Assembly: GCA_051252135.1 (NCBI GenBank)
Contig: JBPOGH010000009.1
Location: forward strand, 64,001-128,000
DNA: 64,000 nt
DNA from: Verrucomicrobiaceae bacterium
Lineage (GTDB): Bacteria > Verrucomicrobiota > Verrucomicrobiia > Verrucomicrobiales > Akkermansiaceae
Direction of reading: 5' to 3'
Within the stretch, counting starts at the first letter, position 1; each line of letters starts with the position of its first letter. Position numbers and translations under genes: made by a program. Below the pieces are notes generated by a model. The model was not told where the DNA came from. It saw nothing but the letters and a program-made list of their open reading frames with translations, and did not search any database. Shown here piece by piece: positions 18,210 to 27,719 of the stretch.

Positions 18210-19615
18210 ACGAACGCGGGCAGAAGGAGCTCTTCTCCACCCAAGCGCTGCAAGTCTTCGACGCGCTTTTGGTTTGGGGTAGTTTTGCGCTTGCCGCCGC
18301 GCTGCGGGGGCCTATCCGCACGATTGCGGGGATGGAGGATGTCAATCAGGGGGGATTGACCGGGATGATGTGGGTGATTTATATCGCGGTGCCGCTCACT
18401 CCTTTGGTGCTGGAGAAGTTTGGATTTTATCAGCGGATTTCGAGCCGGACGCTGGGTGAAAGCACGAATGCGTTGATTCGCGGATTGCTTGTTGTGGGCC
18501 TGATTGTGGGGATGGTGGCGATATTTGGTAAATTGACGGGGACCCGACGCCTGATTTTGGGGTCGGGGTTTGTTTTGGTCTTTGCGGCGCTTTGGCTGAG
18601 AAATTTTGTGGCGATCAGGGTTTTGTCGGCAAGGGCGGCGAGACCGGAAAATCTGGAGCACGTGGTTTTGGCGGGAGATGAAGAGGAAACGGGGGCGTTT
18701 CTCGCAAGTCTTGATCCCGAGGTGGCGCGGACGTGGAAGATTGTGGAGCGTTTTAATTTGGAGTCATCCAGTGTGGATGATTTGACAGCGCTGATTAAGT
18801 CGGAATCCGTGCAGCGGGTGGTCTTTCTGACGAAGCACACCGAGTTCGAGCGGGTGGCTCGTGCGGTGGAAGTTTGTGAGGTGCAGGGGGTGGAGGCGTG
18901 GATTGGGGCATCGTTTATGAGGACGCAGGTGGCCCGGCCCTCATTTGATGTGGTGGGTGGGCAGCCGATGTTGGTCTTTCGTTCGACACCGGAGCTCTCC
19001 TGGCAGCTTTTTGCGAAGAGTCTGATTGATTTTTTTGGAGCGTTGACGCTGGTGATTCTGACCAGTCCGCTGTGGATCGCGGCCGTGATTGGAATCAGAA
19101 TGACGAGTCCCGGCGGTCCGGTGATGTTCAAGCAACAGCGTTCGGGCCTCTACGGGAAGCCTTTTAGTATCTACAAATTCAGGACGATGGTTCCTAATGC
19201 GGAGGCGCTTTTGGATCAGGTTAAGGAGGAGCACGGGAACGAGAATGACGGGCCGACCTTCAAGTTGGAGTCGGATCCCCGGATTTTTCCGTTTGGGGCC
19301 TTTCTCCGGAAATTCAGTATCGATGAGTTGCCCCAGATGATCAATGTGCTCAAGGGGGAGATGAGTCTGGTGGGACCACGGCCCTTGCCACTTCATGAGA
19401 TTGAGGCGATTGAGAACTCGGCCCATCGGCGTCGCCTGAGCATGAAGCCGGGAATCACCTGTCTCTGGCAGATCAGCGGTCGCAGCGACATCACAAGTTT
19501 CGACGAATGGGTTAAGCTTGATGTGGCTTATATCGACAAATGGTCGATCTGGGAGGATTTCAGGATTCTTTTCAAGACGATCCCAGCGGTGCTCTTCAGC
19601 AAGGGCGCCCGTTAG
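18206..19615 (+). CDS. Polyprenyl glycosylphosphotransferase (priming sugar transferase)
   Basis: N-terminal TMs; KFRTM, DPRI, SIDELPQ, GEMSLVGPRP and KPGIT motifs. Confidence 0.93.
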   Translation: MNERGQKELFSTQALQVFDALLVWGSFALAAALRGPIRTIAGMEDVNQGGLTGMMWVIYIAVPLTPLVLEKFGFYQRISSRTLGESTNALIRGLLVVGLIVGMVAIFGKLTGTRRLILGSGFVLVFAALWLRNFVAIRVLSARAARPENLEHVVLAGDEEETGAFLASLDPEVARTWKIVERFNLESSSVDDLTALIKSESVQRVVFLTKHTEFERVARAVEVCEVQGVEAWIGASFMRTQVARPSFDVVGGQPMLVFRSTPELSWQLFAKSLIDFFGALTLVILTSPLWIAAVIGIRMTSPGGPVMFKQQRSGLYGKPFSIYKFRTMVPNAEALLDQVKEEHGNENDGPTFKLESDPRIFPFGAFLRKFSIDELPQMINVLKGEMSLVGPRPLPLHEIEAIENSAHRRRLSMKPGITCLWQISGRSDITSFDEWVKLDVAYIDKWSIWEDFRILFKTIPAVLFSKGAR

Positions 19616-19621
19616 GTTTAG

Positions 19622-21826
19622 ATGACTAATTCCCCACATGCTCCGTCCCGAGGCGGGCTGATTTCGGTGATTGCCGGGCTGGGTCTGACGACGCTGCTTT
19701 TGACCGGTGTCGATTTGATTGTGACTCGCGCGGGGTTTGGCATGTTGCTGATGGGGGTGATGGGAGTGTTGGCCCTTTGGTCGGTGATGAAGGGGTGGGT
19801 GCGGTTATCTCCGGTGTTCACGGTGTATGTGCTTTTTGGGGCGGGATTCTTCATTTGGAGGGCGTTTGCGGGAGGGCCGATTGGGTTGGCGATGGAGGAT
19901 GTGGCCTTGGTGTTGGTATTTTTAGGGGTCTATTGTCTGGTCTCCCCGCAATTCGGGCAGCACTCCAATGTTTTGCTGTGGTTTCTTGTGGTGGCGGTGT
20001 GGGCGAATGTGGGGGTGGCGTTCCATCAGGCATTTTCCCAGGATCCCCAGTTCATTTATCCTCATGTTGCGGAATCCGTTGGGGTGCCGACAGGGTTTTT
20101 CGGGCACTACAATTACTTTGCGGGATTCCTTAACGGGACGTTGTTTATTTTATTGTCGGCTCTGATAATCGGGAAGAGATCGCCGGTCCTGCGGGTGGCG
20201 ATGGGGGTGGGGGTTGTTGGGGCCTTGGTGGTGTTGATCTTGTCCGGATCAAGGGGTGGGTGGGTCTCGTTGATTGTGGGGTCAGGGGTGTGGTTGGCTC
20301 TGTTTTGTTTTTATTTGAAGCGGAGAAACTCGCGATTTTTTCCGGGGGCGGCGATTCTTTCGATTGTGCTCGTTGTTGGCGGCTTGGTTTCCAGTGTTTC
20401 GGTGATCAAGTCCTTTGAGCAGAAGCGAAAGCAGGGAACCGAGCAGAAAGTCACGTATGTGGGTGATGGTGGGCGTCTTGCGTTTCAACAGATTGCCTTC
20501 GAGGTCTTCATGGATTCTCCGGTGATTGGTGCGGGGCCAAGGTCGTTTTCCTATCGGTCGATTGAGGAGTGGGATCCCGAGTTGCTTTTCATATTTTTTC
20601 CGAATCCTGATTTTGCGCACAATGAGTATCTTCAGACGCTGTGCGACTACGGGCTGGTCGGATTTTTCATTCTGCTGGTGGGGATATTCGGTCACGGGGT
20701 GATGGGAACGGTGGGGATGGTGCAGGATTGGGAGACGGATCCCGATGGAGGTGCGATCAAGATGGGGGCGCTGGGCGGACTGGTTTGTCTTTTGACCCAG
20801 TCGTTCTTTAGCTTTTTATTCCACACGCCTGCCCTGATCGGGCTGTTGGCGCTGCAGTTGGGGATATTGGCTCATTTTTCCAGCAGGAGCTCTGAAACGC
20901 GGTCTCTTCCGGCGAAGTTTTTGGGGTCGGGGGTCCATGTTCTGATCGCAGTTCTCTTATTGTTGGTTGGTTGGCCCTTCATGAAATCCTATTTGCTCCG
21001 TGAAGAGACGAGAAAGGAGATGTCGGTGATCGCCGGTCCCAAGGGGGTGGAGCGGGTGTTCAACAAGATGCTTGAATCGGCTGATTTGGGAAGGGACGTG
21101 AAGATGGCGGAGAAGGCGGGCCAGATGGCCTTTAATTTTGGGGGGCAGGCGGTAGAGAATGGGCGGCCCGATTTGGCAGTAGATTTCTGGCGGTTGTCGG
21201 AGATCGGATTTTTGAGGGCGAAAGAGCTGAACCCCCACTCCTTGATCGCGGTTTGCGGGCATCCGAGGGTGCTTGATGCGATGGGTGAATATGAGGAGGC
21301 GGCTCCTTTGCATGAGGAGGCTCTTGAGAAAGCCTGGTCGCGCGAATTTTTCCTGCAGCCCGGTCATTTCGCGGCCCGTAATTCGTGCATGAGGGCGTTT
21401 GAGGCGTATGGGTCGGGAGAGAAGGCCAGAGCCGAGCAGCTTTTTCGGGAAGCTTCCGCCCGGATTGGGCAGCATCGAAAATTCTCAGGCCGGGGTGCGT
21501 GGGTTGAGGAGGTGTCGGCCTTGAATGATACTGTGAGCGGGTGGCTTTCCTATTTGGAGGGCGAGAGGCTTTATGCCGAGGGGGATCGGCTGTGGAAACG
21601 GCGGGAGGCTGAGCGGGGCTATGCCCTGATGCTTGCGGCTGTGGCCCGTTATGAGGCTTCCGAGAAAGCGGTGAAAAATTATGATTCCGCCTGGGCAGCG
21701 CAATGGGCCCAGCTGAACCAGAATATTGGAATTCTCAAGACGGCGGGGATTGTTCCTGCTGAGCTTGCACCCGAGCAAATCGAAGGAATTGCAACGGGCC
21801 TTGAAACCGCAGCCTCGAAACGCTAA
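19622..21826 (+). CDS. O-antigen ligase / O-oligosaccharyltransferase-like membrane protein with a helical (TPR-like) C-terminus
   Basis: GFFGHYNYFAG, SGSRGGW, IGAGP and AHNEYLQTLCDYGLVG; many TMs. Confidence 0.85.
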   Translation: MTNSPHAPSRGGLISVIAGLGLTTLLLTGVDLIVTRAGFGMLLMGVMGVLALWSVMKGWVRLSPVFTVYVLFGAGFFIWRAFAGGPIGLAMEDVALVLVFLGVYCLVSPQFGQHSNVLLWFLVVAVWANVGVAFHQAFSQDPQFIYPHVAESVGVPTGFFGHYNYFAGFLNGTLFILLSALIIGKRSPVLRVAMGVGVVGALVVLILSGSRGGWVSLIVGSGVWLALFCFYLKRRNSRFFPGAAILSIVLVVGGLVSSVSVIKSFEQKRKQGTEQKVTYVGDGGRLAFQQIAFEVFMDSPVIGAGPRSFSYRSIEEWDPELLFIFFPNPDFAHNEYLQTLCDYGLVGFFILLVGIFGHGVMGTVGMVQDWETDPDGGAIKMGALGGLVCLLTQSFFSFLFHTPALIGLLALQLGILAHFSSRSSETRSLPAKFLGSGVHVLIAVLLLLVGWPFMKSYLLREETRKEMSVIAGPKGVERVFNKMLESADLGRDVKMAEKAGQMAFNFGGQAVENGRPDLAVDFWRLSEIGFLRAKELNPHSLIAVCGHPRVLDAMGEYEEAAPLHEEALEKAWSREFFLQPGHFAARNSCMRAFEAYGSGEKARAEQLFREASARIGQHRKFSGRGAWVEEVSALNDTVSGWLSYLEGERLYAEGDRLWKRREAERGYALMLAAVARYEASEKAVKNYDSAWAAQWAQLNQNIGILKTAGIVPAELAPEQIEGIATGLETAASKR

Positions 21827-21835
21827 CCCATCCAC

Positions 21836-22786
21836 ATGCGCGCAGATTTTGGTATGAAACTCTTTACTGGCACGGCCCACCCCGAGCTGGCCCAGGCAAT
21901 TGCTTCATCCCTTGGAGTGCCGCTGGCCGATGTTAATGTGACGGCGTTTCCCGACGGGGAAACCTTCGTCAAGATCAACGAGAATATCCGGGGAGAGGAT
22001 GTCTTCATCATTCAGCCGACCTGCCCTCCAACGAATCACAATCTGATGGAGCTGATGATTATGGTGGATGCGGCGAAGCGCTCGAGTGCGGGAAGGATCA
22101 ATGCGGTGATTCCGTTTTTTGGGTATGCGCGTCAGGACCGGAAGGATCAGCCCCGGGTTCCGATCACGGCGAAGCTGGTTGCCGATCTTTTGTCTGCTGC
22201 AGGAGTGGACCGGGTGGTGACGATGGATTTGCATGCGGCCCAGATTCAGGGGTTTTTCAATATTCCTGTGGACCATCTTTACGCGAAGCCGATCATTCTC
22301 AAGTCGTTGCGACAGTATTTTGGCGAGGATTGCGAGAATCTCACGGTGGTGTCTCCGGATGTGGGAGGCGTAAAAATGGCGCGGGCTTATTCCGACGCGC
22401 TGGGAGCGCGATTGGCGATTGTGGCGAAGCACCGGGTGTCGGCGACGGAGGTGGAGGCGATGCAGGTGATTGGTGATGTGAATGGGCGTGACGTGGTGCT
22501 GATCGATGATATGACGGAGACGGCGGGAACACTTTGTGCGGCGGCGGACATCTTGAAGGCGCAGGGGGCGAAGCGTATTTTTGCGGCGGTTTCCCATGCG
22601 GTGATTGGAGATTTGGGTCATCAGCGGATCAATGATTCGGCGATCGAAACGGTGATCACGACTGATTCGACTCCGGTTGAGACTACAGCGAAGGTGAAGC
22701 CGAGTTCGATTGCCCCTTTGCTTGGGGAGGCGATTCACCGGATTCACATTGGGAAATCGGTGACGTCCTTGTTCGATCTGGAGTAA
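21836..22786 (+). CDS. prs: Ribose-phosphate pyrophosphokinase
   Basis: FPDGE, YARQDRK, MDLHAAQIQGFF, VSPDVGG and IDDMTETAGTL. Alternative start at 21854. Confidence 0.97.
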   Translation: MRADFGMKLFTGTAHPELAQAIASSLGVPLADVNVTAFPDGETFVKINENIRGEDVFIIQPTCPPTNHNLMELMIMVDAAKRSSAGRINAVIPFFGYARQDRKDQPRVPITAKLVADLLSAAGVDRVVTMDLHAAQIQGFFNIPVDHLYAKPIILKSLRQYFGEDCENLTVVSPDVGGVKMARAYSDALGARLAIVAKHRVSATEVEAMQVIGDVNGRDVVLIDDMTETAGTLCAAADILKAQGAKRIFAAVSHAVIGDLGHQRINDSAIETVITTDSTPVETTAKVKPSSIAPLLGEAIHRIHIGKSVTSLFDLE

Positions 22787-22807
22787 ATCCGACGACCATC
22801 AGAGATC

Positions 22808-24247
22808 ATGTTGTTTACGACCTGGACATTCGCGGCTTTGCTGGTCGCGACGCTCATCGCCTACTTCATGGTCGGGAAGGTCCGGGGAGGGGCGGCTCAG
22901 GTGAGTGTCTTGCTGATCAGCAGTTTGATCTTCTACGCCTACGAGACTCCCGAGCTCGTTCTGTTACTGTTGTTTTCGATTCTGGCGAATTCGTTTTTCT
23001 CGATCCGGATCATTCGTCGTCATCAGCTTGGTGAATCGGCCATGCCGTGGGTGGCGATGGCGGTGGTGCTTAATCTGCTGGTGCTCGGTTTTTTTAAGTA
23101 TGCCGGTTTTCTGGCGGGTTCGCTCTTACCTGATGGGGTTCTGACGGGGATGGTGGGGCGTCTGGAGGCCATTCCGCTGCCGATCGGAATTTCGTTTTAT
23201 ACGTTTCAGGCAATCAGTCTGGTGGTGGATCTTCATCGGGGAGATTCGGCCAAGATGACCTCTCTTGCGAAGTTGGTGCAGGATGGGGATCACATGGAGG
23301 TCACCCGGCGGGTGGGGTTCTTCATTGCGTTTTTCCCCCAGCTGATTGCGGGGCCGATTGTGAAGGCTCACGATTTTTTCTATCAGATCGGGGTTAAGAC
23401 GACGGCGAATATTGATTGGGAGGCGGCGGTAAAGAATTTGGTGGCGGGCTTCTTTCTGAAGATGGTGGTGGCCGATAATTTGAAGGAGGTGACGGTGCTG
23501 CTGGGTGAGAACCTGTTGAGCCAGCGGATTGACCTGTTGTTTCTCACCTATGGATATTCCTGCCAGATATTTGCGGACTTCGCGGGATATTCGTTGATTG
23601 CGATCGGGTTGGCCGGTCTTTTTGGTTACCGGCTGCCGGTCAACTTCAACTTTCCCTACATTTCCGGGTCGATTACGGAGTTTTGGAGGCGATGGCATAT
23701 TTCGCTATCCACGTGGCTTAAGGAGTATCTTTACATTCCTTTGGGCGGGAACCGGAGGGGGGCGATCCGGACTTATGTGAATTTGTTTTTGGTGATGCTG
23801 CTGGGCGGTCTCTGGCACGGCGCGGCATGGAGTTATGTTATTTGGGGAGGGGCCCATGGTATTTTTCTGGCGGTGGAGCGATTGGTTGGAAGGCGCTGGA
23901 GTGTGCCGAATACGGGAATCTTCCGGTTGGGGAAGATTCTGGTGACGGTGCATTTGGTGACGTTCCTGTGGTTGCTGTTTTTGCTTCCTGATTTTAGCCA
24001 TTTTGTGGGGCTGCTTCAGAATTTTGCGGGAGGATCGTGGGAGTTTTCCCCCCAGAACGTTTTCACGGTTGCGGTGTTTGCTTCTCCAATCGTTCTTTAT
24101 CATTTGTGGGCTTTCTTCAGGGAGATGAAGCCCGCGTGTTGTGAGGCGATTGGACAGCGGGTGGGCTGGTGGGGCTATGCCTTGCTATTATTCTTCATTG
24201 TGACGAATTCAGGGACGACGGGGGCCTTTGTTTATTTCCAATTCTAG
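22808..24247 (+). CDS. MBOAT family O-acyltransferase (AlgI/DltB/PatA-like)
   Basis: LPIGISFYTFQ, FFPQLIAGPI, FWRRWHISLSTW and GLWHGA. Confidence 0.93.
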   Translation: MLFTTWTFAALLVATLIAYFMVGKVRGGAAQVSVLLISSLIFYAYETPELVLLLLFSILANSFFSIRIIRRHQLGESAMPWVAMAVVLNLLVLGFFKYAGFLAGSLLPDGVLTGMVGRLEAIPLPIGISFYTFQAISLVVDLHRGDSAKMTSLAKLVQDGDHMEVTRRVGFFIAFFPQLIAGPIVKAHDFFYQIGVKTTANIDWEAAVKNLVAGFFLKMVVADNLKEVTVLLGENLLSQRIDLLFLTYGYSCQIFADFAGYSLIAIGLAGLFGYRLPVNFNFPYISGSITEFWRRWHISLSTWLKEYLYIPLGGNRRGAIRTYVNLFLVMLLGGLWHGAAWSYVIWGGAHGIFLAVERLVGRRWSVPNTGIFRLGKILVTVHLVTFLWLLFLLPDFSHFVGLLQNFAGGSWEFSPQNVFTVAVFASPIVLYHLWAFFREMKPACCEAIGQRVGWWGYALLLFFIVTNSGTTGAFVYFQF

Positions 24248-24250
24248 CCG

Positions 24251-25135
24251 ATGAAAAACGCCTTTCAAATCTTGTGGTCGCTGGGATGGCGATGCGGATG
24301 CTTTCTATTGGTTTGGCACATGGCGTTGACGGTGGTGTTTCAGCCTCCGCGATTTGCGGAGTCCAATTTGGTATCCAATCAGATCCGGCTTCAGGCGTTG
24401 GCGGAGATGGAGGGTGGAGGGGCTGTGATGGCAGGGTCCTCCATGATTGCCCGTTTGGATCCGACGGTGGTGGAGGAAGCCGCCGGGGAGGGGTTCCCTG
24501 TGATTCAGTTGGGATTGGATGGAGGGACGGTTTCGCTGGGGTTGGAGATTATTGGTGGTGGTCTGGGAGACCCGGGCGTGTTGGTTTTGGAGGCTAATTT
24601 GCTTTTGAACCAGAAATCGGAGAATCATGATTTTTTGCTGAAGCAGACCTCGGATCCCGTTTTTCTATTGGCCCGATATTTTCCCCCGGTTCGGGCCAAG
24701 AATCGGCCATCGGCTTTTCTCTACAGCCGCTTAAAAGAGTGGAAAGACGGGAGGGGGGCATCAGGGGTTCCGGAAGGTTTGGATGGGGAGGTGGAGTTCG
24801 GGATTTTTAGCGGAGATATTGAGGAAGCGGGTCCTGAGATTGCGCGGGAGGCGGATCGGGTGATTGCATTGGTGGAGGAATCGGGGGTTGGTTGGGAGAA
24901 TGTCTTGTTTGTGATGCTGCCGGATGGAGAGTGGTCGAGACGATCCAACTACCAGTGTCTCAGGATGATTCAGGAACGCACGGGAGTGAGGGTGCTGGAT
25001 ATCAAGGGAAGGTATGAGGGGGTCGACTTTCGATACACGGACGGGTTGCATCTGAATCTTTCCAGCGGGAGAGAGATCTCGAAATTGTTGGGGAGGGCGC
25101 TTAGAAAGATGGGGGTAGAAGAAAACTGGGATTGA
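24251..25135 (+). CDS. SGNH-like membrane-anchored protein (AlgJ/DltD-like partner of the MBOAT)
   Basis: N-terminal TM, MAGSS block and YTDGLHLN (DxxH). Starts 3 bp after the MBOAT gene. Confidence 0.6.
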   Translation: MKNAFQILWSLGWRCGCFLLVWHMALTVVFQPPRFAESNLVSNQIRLQALAEMEGGGAVMAGSSMIARLDPTVVEEAAGEGFPVIQLGLDGGTVSLGLEIIGGGLGDPGVLVLEANLLLNQKSENHDFLLKQTSDPVFLLARYFPPVRAKNRPSAFLYSRLKEWKDGRGASGVPEGLDGEVEFGIFSGDIEEAGPEIAREADRVIALVEESGVGWENVLFVMLPDGEWSRRSNYQCLRMIQERTGVRVLDIKGRYEGVDFRYTDGLHLNLSSGREISKLLGRALRKMGVEENWD

Positions 25136-25220
25136 CTAGTCCCTGATTTAGGGTTTAACCCTCCGCCCCGCGCGGTATGTTTCGCGGGACACCCAATTAG
25201 TTTCCTACCTGTTTTTTACC

Positions 25221-25865
25221 ATGGCGAAGACCCAAACTCTCAAAGCTGAAACCCGGCAGCGCACCGGTTCCGGAGTGCTTAAGCAGATGCGCCGTGAAGG
25301 CTATCTCCCCTCCGTGATCTACGGAACAAAGACGGAGAATGTGAACATTAAGATCGAGACGAAGGTCCTGACCGACATTTTGGCTCACAGTGCTTCGGCC
25401 AACATCCTTCTGGATCTTGAGATCGAGGGTTCCGGCACGCAGAGTGCGTTCCTTCAGTCGACGCAGAGCGATCCACTTACCGGGAAGCTTCTTCATGCCG
25501 ATTTCCTGGCGCTGAGTGCCGATACCAAGATTCACGCAAGTCTCCCTGTGGTTCTCCACGGTGATTCCGTAGGTGTTCAGGCCGGTGGGGTTTTGGAGCA
25601 GATGATCCACTCTCTGGATATCAGCTGTTCTCCGAAGGACCTTCCCGAGCAGCTTGATGCCGATGTTGAAGAACTTGGAATTGGTGAGTCGCTGACGATT
25701 GGTGATCTGAAATTGCCCAAGGGAGTGACGACGACCATCAGTGACGATGTTCTTGTGGCCATTGTCAACGAGCCTCGTCTTTCCCAGGAAGAGGAAGATG
25801 CTGAGGCCGAGGAGGGCGCAGCTGATGAAGCCGCTTCCACCGAGACGGCAGCTGAGAGCGAATAA
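25221..25865 (+). CDS. rplY: 50S ribosomal protein L25 (Ctc form)
   Basis: RREGYLPSVIYG, HADF, GGVL and an acidic tail; upstream of pth. Confidence 0.96.
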   Translation: MAKTQTLKAETRQRTGSGVLKQMRREGYLPSVIYGTKTENVNIKIETKVLTDILAHSASANILLDLEIEGSGTQSAFLQSTQSDPLTGKLLHADFLALSADTKIHASLPVVLHGDSVGVQAGGVLEQMIHSLDISCSPKDLPEQLDADVEELGIGESLTIGDLKLPKGVTTTISDDVLVAIVNEPRLSQEEEDAEAEEGAADEAASTETAAESE

Positions 25866-25887
25866 GCCGAGCAAAGCTCCTTTCAAG

Positions 25888-25920
25888 AACGCCCGTCACT
25901 TTGTGTGCCGGGCGTTTTTT
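25888..25920 (+). terminator. Intrinsic terminator after rplY
   Basis: Stem AACGCCCG...CGGGCGTT followed by a T-tract. Confidence 0.75.
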
Positions 25921-25955
25921 ATGTTCGATTCCCGGATCCCGTTCCACATTCAGCC

Positions 25956-26600
25956 ATGTCCCAGCTTAAAGCGATTGTCGGTCTCGGAAATCCGGGTGAC
26001 CAGTATGTTGATACGCGGCATAATGTGGGGTTCCGGGTTTTGGATCTTTTGGCGGAGCGGGCGGGGAGTTCGTTTCAATTTGAGAGCAAATGGGAGGCGC
26101 GGACCTGCAAGGTGGGAAATGTGACCTTGTTCCAGCCGCAGACCTTTATGAACGAGAGCGGGCGTGCGGTGGGATCGATCTCGCGGTTTTACCGCTGGGC
26201 GCCTGAGGAGATTTTGGTGGTGTTTGATGATGTGGCGCTGACTCTGGGGACGTTGAGGTTCCGGATGAACGGGAGCCATGGAGGTCACAACGGGGTGCGC
26301 TCATTGCTGGCTCATCTGCCTAGCGGCGACTTTCCGCGATTGAAGGTGGGGATTGGGGCTTCGTCGGGAGAGCAGTTGGTTGGGCATGTTTTGGGGAGGT
26401 TCAAGCCGGATGAGCGGGAACTGCTTGAAAACACACTTGCAACCGCCGCCGATGCTGTCCAACTTGCCGTTTCGGCAGGCGTGGAAGCGTCGGCCAATCA
26501 GTTTAACGTTAAACCGAACAAACAACCCAATCCCAAACCCAACACGGAAAATGAGCCGGAAATACGAGGGCATGATCGTCCTGAAGACACAGGGCGCTGA
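25956..26600 (+). CDS. pth: Peptidyl-tRNA hydrolase
   Basis: IVGLGNPG, TRHNVGF, TFMNESG and GGHNG. The C-terminal tail overlaps rpsF. Confidence 0.96.
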   Translation: MSQLKAIVGLGNPGDQYVDTRHNVGFRVLDLLAERAGSSFQFESKWEARTCKVGNVTLFQPQTFMNESGRAVGSISRFYRWAPEEILVVFDDVALTLGTLRFRMNGSHGGHNGVRSLLAHLPSGDFPRLKVGIGASSGEQLVGHVLGRFKPDERELLENTLATAADAVQLAVSAGVEASANQFNVKPNKQPNPKPNTENEPEIRGHDRPEDTGR

Positions 26601-26838
26601 AGAAAGCGTCGATGACCTTGTGAGCGCTGTCGCTCGCGAGATGGAAGAAGAAGGCGCGAAGCTTGATGAGATCCAGCAAGTGGGTCGCAAGAAGTTTGCT
26701 TACCCTTCAAATCAGATTTCAGGTGGTCACTATGTGAACTACGTTTTTGAAGCTGGTGCGGAGTCTGTTGAGAAGATCAACAGCCGGCTGAAGCTGAACA
26801 ATTCCGTCCATCTGCAGCACTATCGCCGTCTCGCGTAA
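26551..26838 (+). CDS. rpsF: 30S ribosomal protein S6
   Basis: MSRKYEGMIVL, GRKKFAY and GHY; located between pth and ssb. Confidence 0.92.
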   Translation: MSRKYEGMIVLKTQGAEESVDDLVSAVAREMEEEGAKLDEIQQVGRKKFAYPSNQISGGHYVNYVFEAGAESVEKINSRLKLNNSVHLQHYRRLA

Positions 26839-26858
26839 CTCTTTTCCTTTCTTCAGCC

Positions 26859-27353
26859 ATGGCCAGTGTAAACAAAGTGATGCTCATCGGGAATTTGACC
26901 CGTGATCCGGAAGTGCGTTACACGCCAAAGGGAACTGCGGTTTCCGATATTGCCATGGCGGTGAACCGGGTGCGCACGGGCGACGATGGGAATAAGATTG
27001 AAGAGGTTACTTTTGTTGATGTGACCCTTTGGGGGCGTCAGGCCGAGTTGGCCGGGCAATACCTTGCGAAGGGGAGGTCGGTCTTCATTGAGGGCCGTCT
27101 TCAGCTTGATACCTGGGATGACAAGGCGACGGGGCAGAAGCGCAGTCGCTTGCGGGTCGTTGGTGAGAACATGCAGTTTCTCGGTGGCGGCCAGGGTGGT
27201 GGTGGCAATCAAGGCGGGGGAGGCAACAGTGCGCCCCAGCAGCAGAGTCGCCCGCCCCAGCAGAACCAGCAGGCACCCCAGCAGCAGGCTCCACCACAGG
27301 GTGGAGCGGCGGCGGAGGGGAACTTCGACGACGACGACGACATTCCGTTTTAG
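26859..27353 (+). CDS. ssb: Single-stranded DNA-binding protein
   Basis: NKVMLIGNLTRDPE, a Gly/Gln-rich linker and the DDDIPF C-terminus. Confidence 0.98.
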   Translation: MASVNKVMLIGNLTRDPEVRYTPKGTAVSDIAMAVNRVRTGDDGNKIEEVTFVDVTLWGRQAELAGQYLAKGRSVFIEGRLQLDTWDDKATGQKRSRLRVVGENMQFLGGGQGGGGNQGGGGNSAPQQQSRPPQQNQQAPQQQAPPQGGAAAEGNFDDDDDIPF

Positions 27354-27360
27354 GAAGCGT

Positions 27361-27385
27361 AAAAAAAGCCCGCCGAAGCGAGCTT
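27361..27385 (-). terminator. Hairpin terminator between convergent ssb and GlsB-like genes
   Basis: AAAAAAAGCCCGC-CGAA-GCGAGCTT; the A-tract gives a U-tract on the minus strand. Confidence 0.6.
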
Positions 27386-27419
27386 GATCAGATTTTCAAA
27401 GGTTAGTCCACATGCGGGA

Positions 27420-27674
27420 CTAGCCTTTTTTCTTGGTGATGACGCGGTGGAGGAAAAGGAGGACGATGGCTCCGATGGTGGCGGTGATGATGGATTCGAT
27501 CATGCCTTGTCCGTCTCCGATTCCGGAGATTTTTCCCAGCCAGCCGCCGACGAAAGCTCCGGCGATACCGAGGAGGATGGTGATGAACCAGCCACCGGGG
27601 TCTTTACCCGGCATGATGACTTTAGCGAGAACGCCTGCGACGAGGCCCAATATGATCCATGCGATAAATCCCAT
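27420..27674 (-). CDS. GlsB/YeaQ/YmgE family stress-response membrane protein
   Basis: WIILGLVAGVLAKVIMPG...LGIAGAFVGG...IGAIVLL. Confidence 0.9.
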   Translation of the reverse strand: MGFIAWIILGLVAGVLAKVIMPGKDPGGWFITILLGIAGAFVGGWLGKISGIGDGQGMIESIITATIGAIVLLFLHRVITKKKG

Positions 27675-27719
27675 AAGGTCTGAATGTAAGAGGGTTATTG
27701 GGTCGGGGCGATTATAATT

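Noticed and set aside
25132..25162. Sigma70-like promoter TTGACT...TAACCC for rplY
   Set aside because: The -10 match is too weak to call without TSS data.
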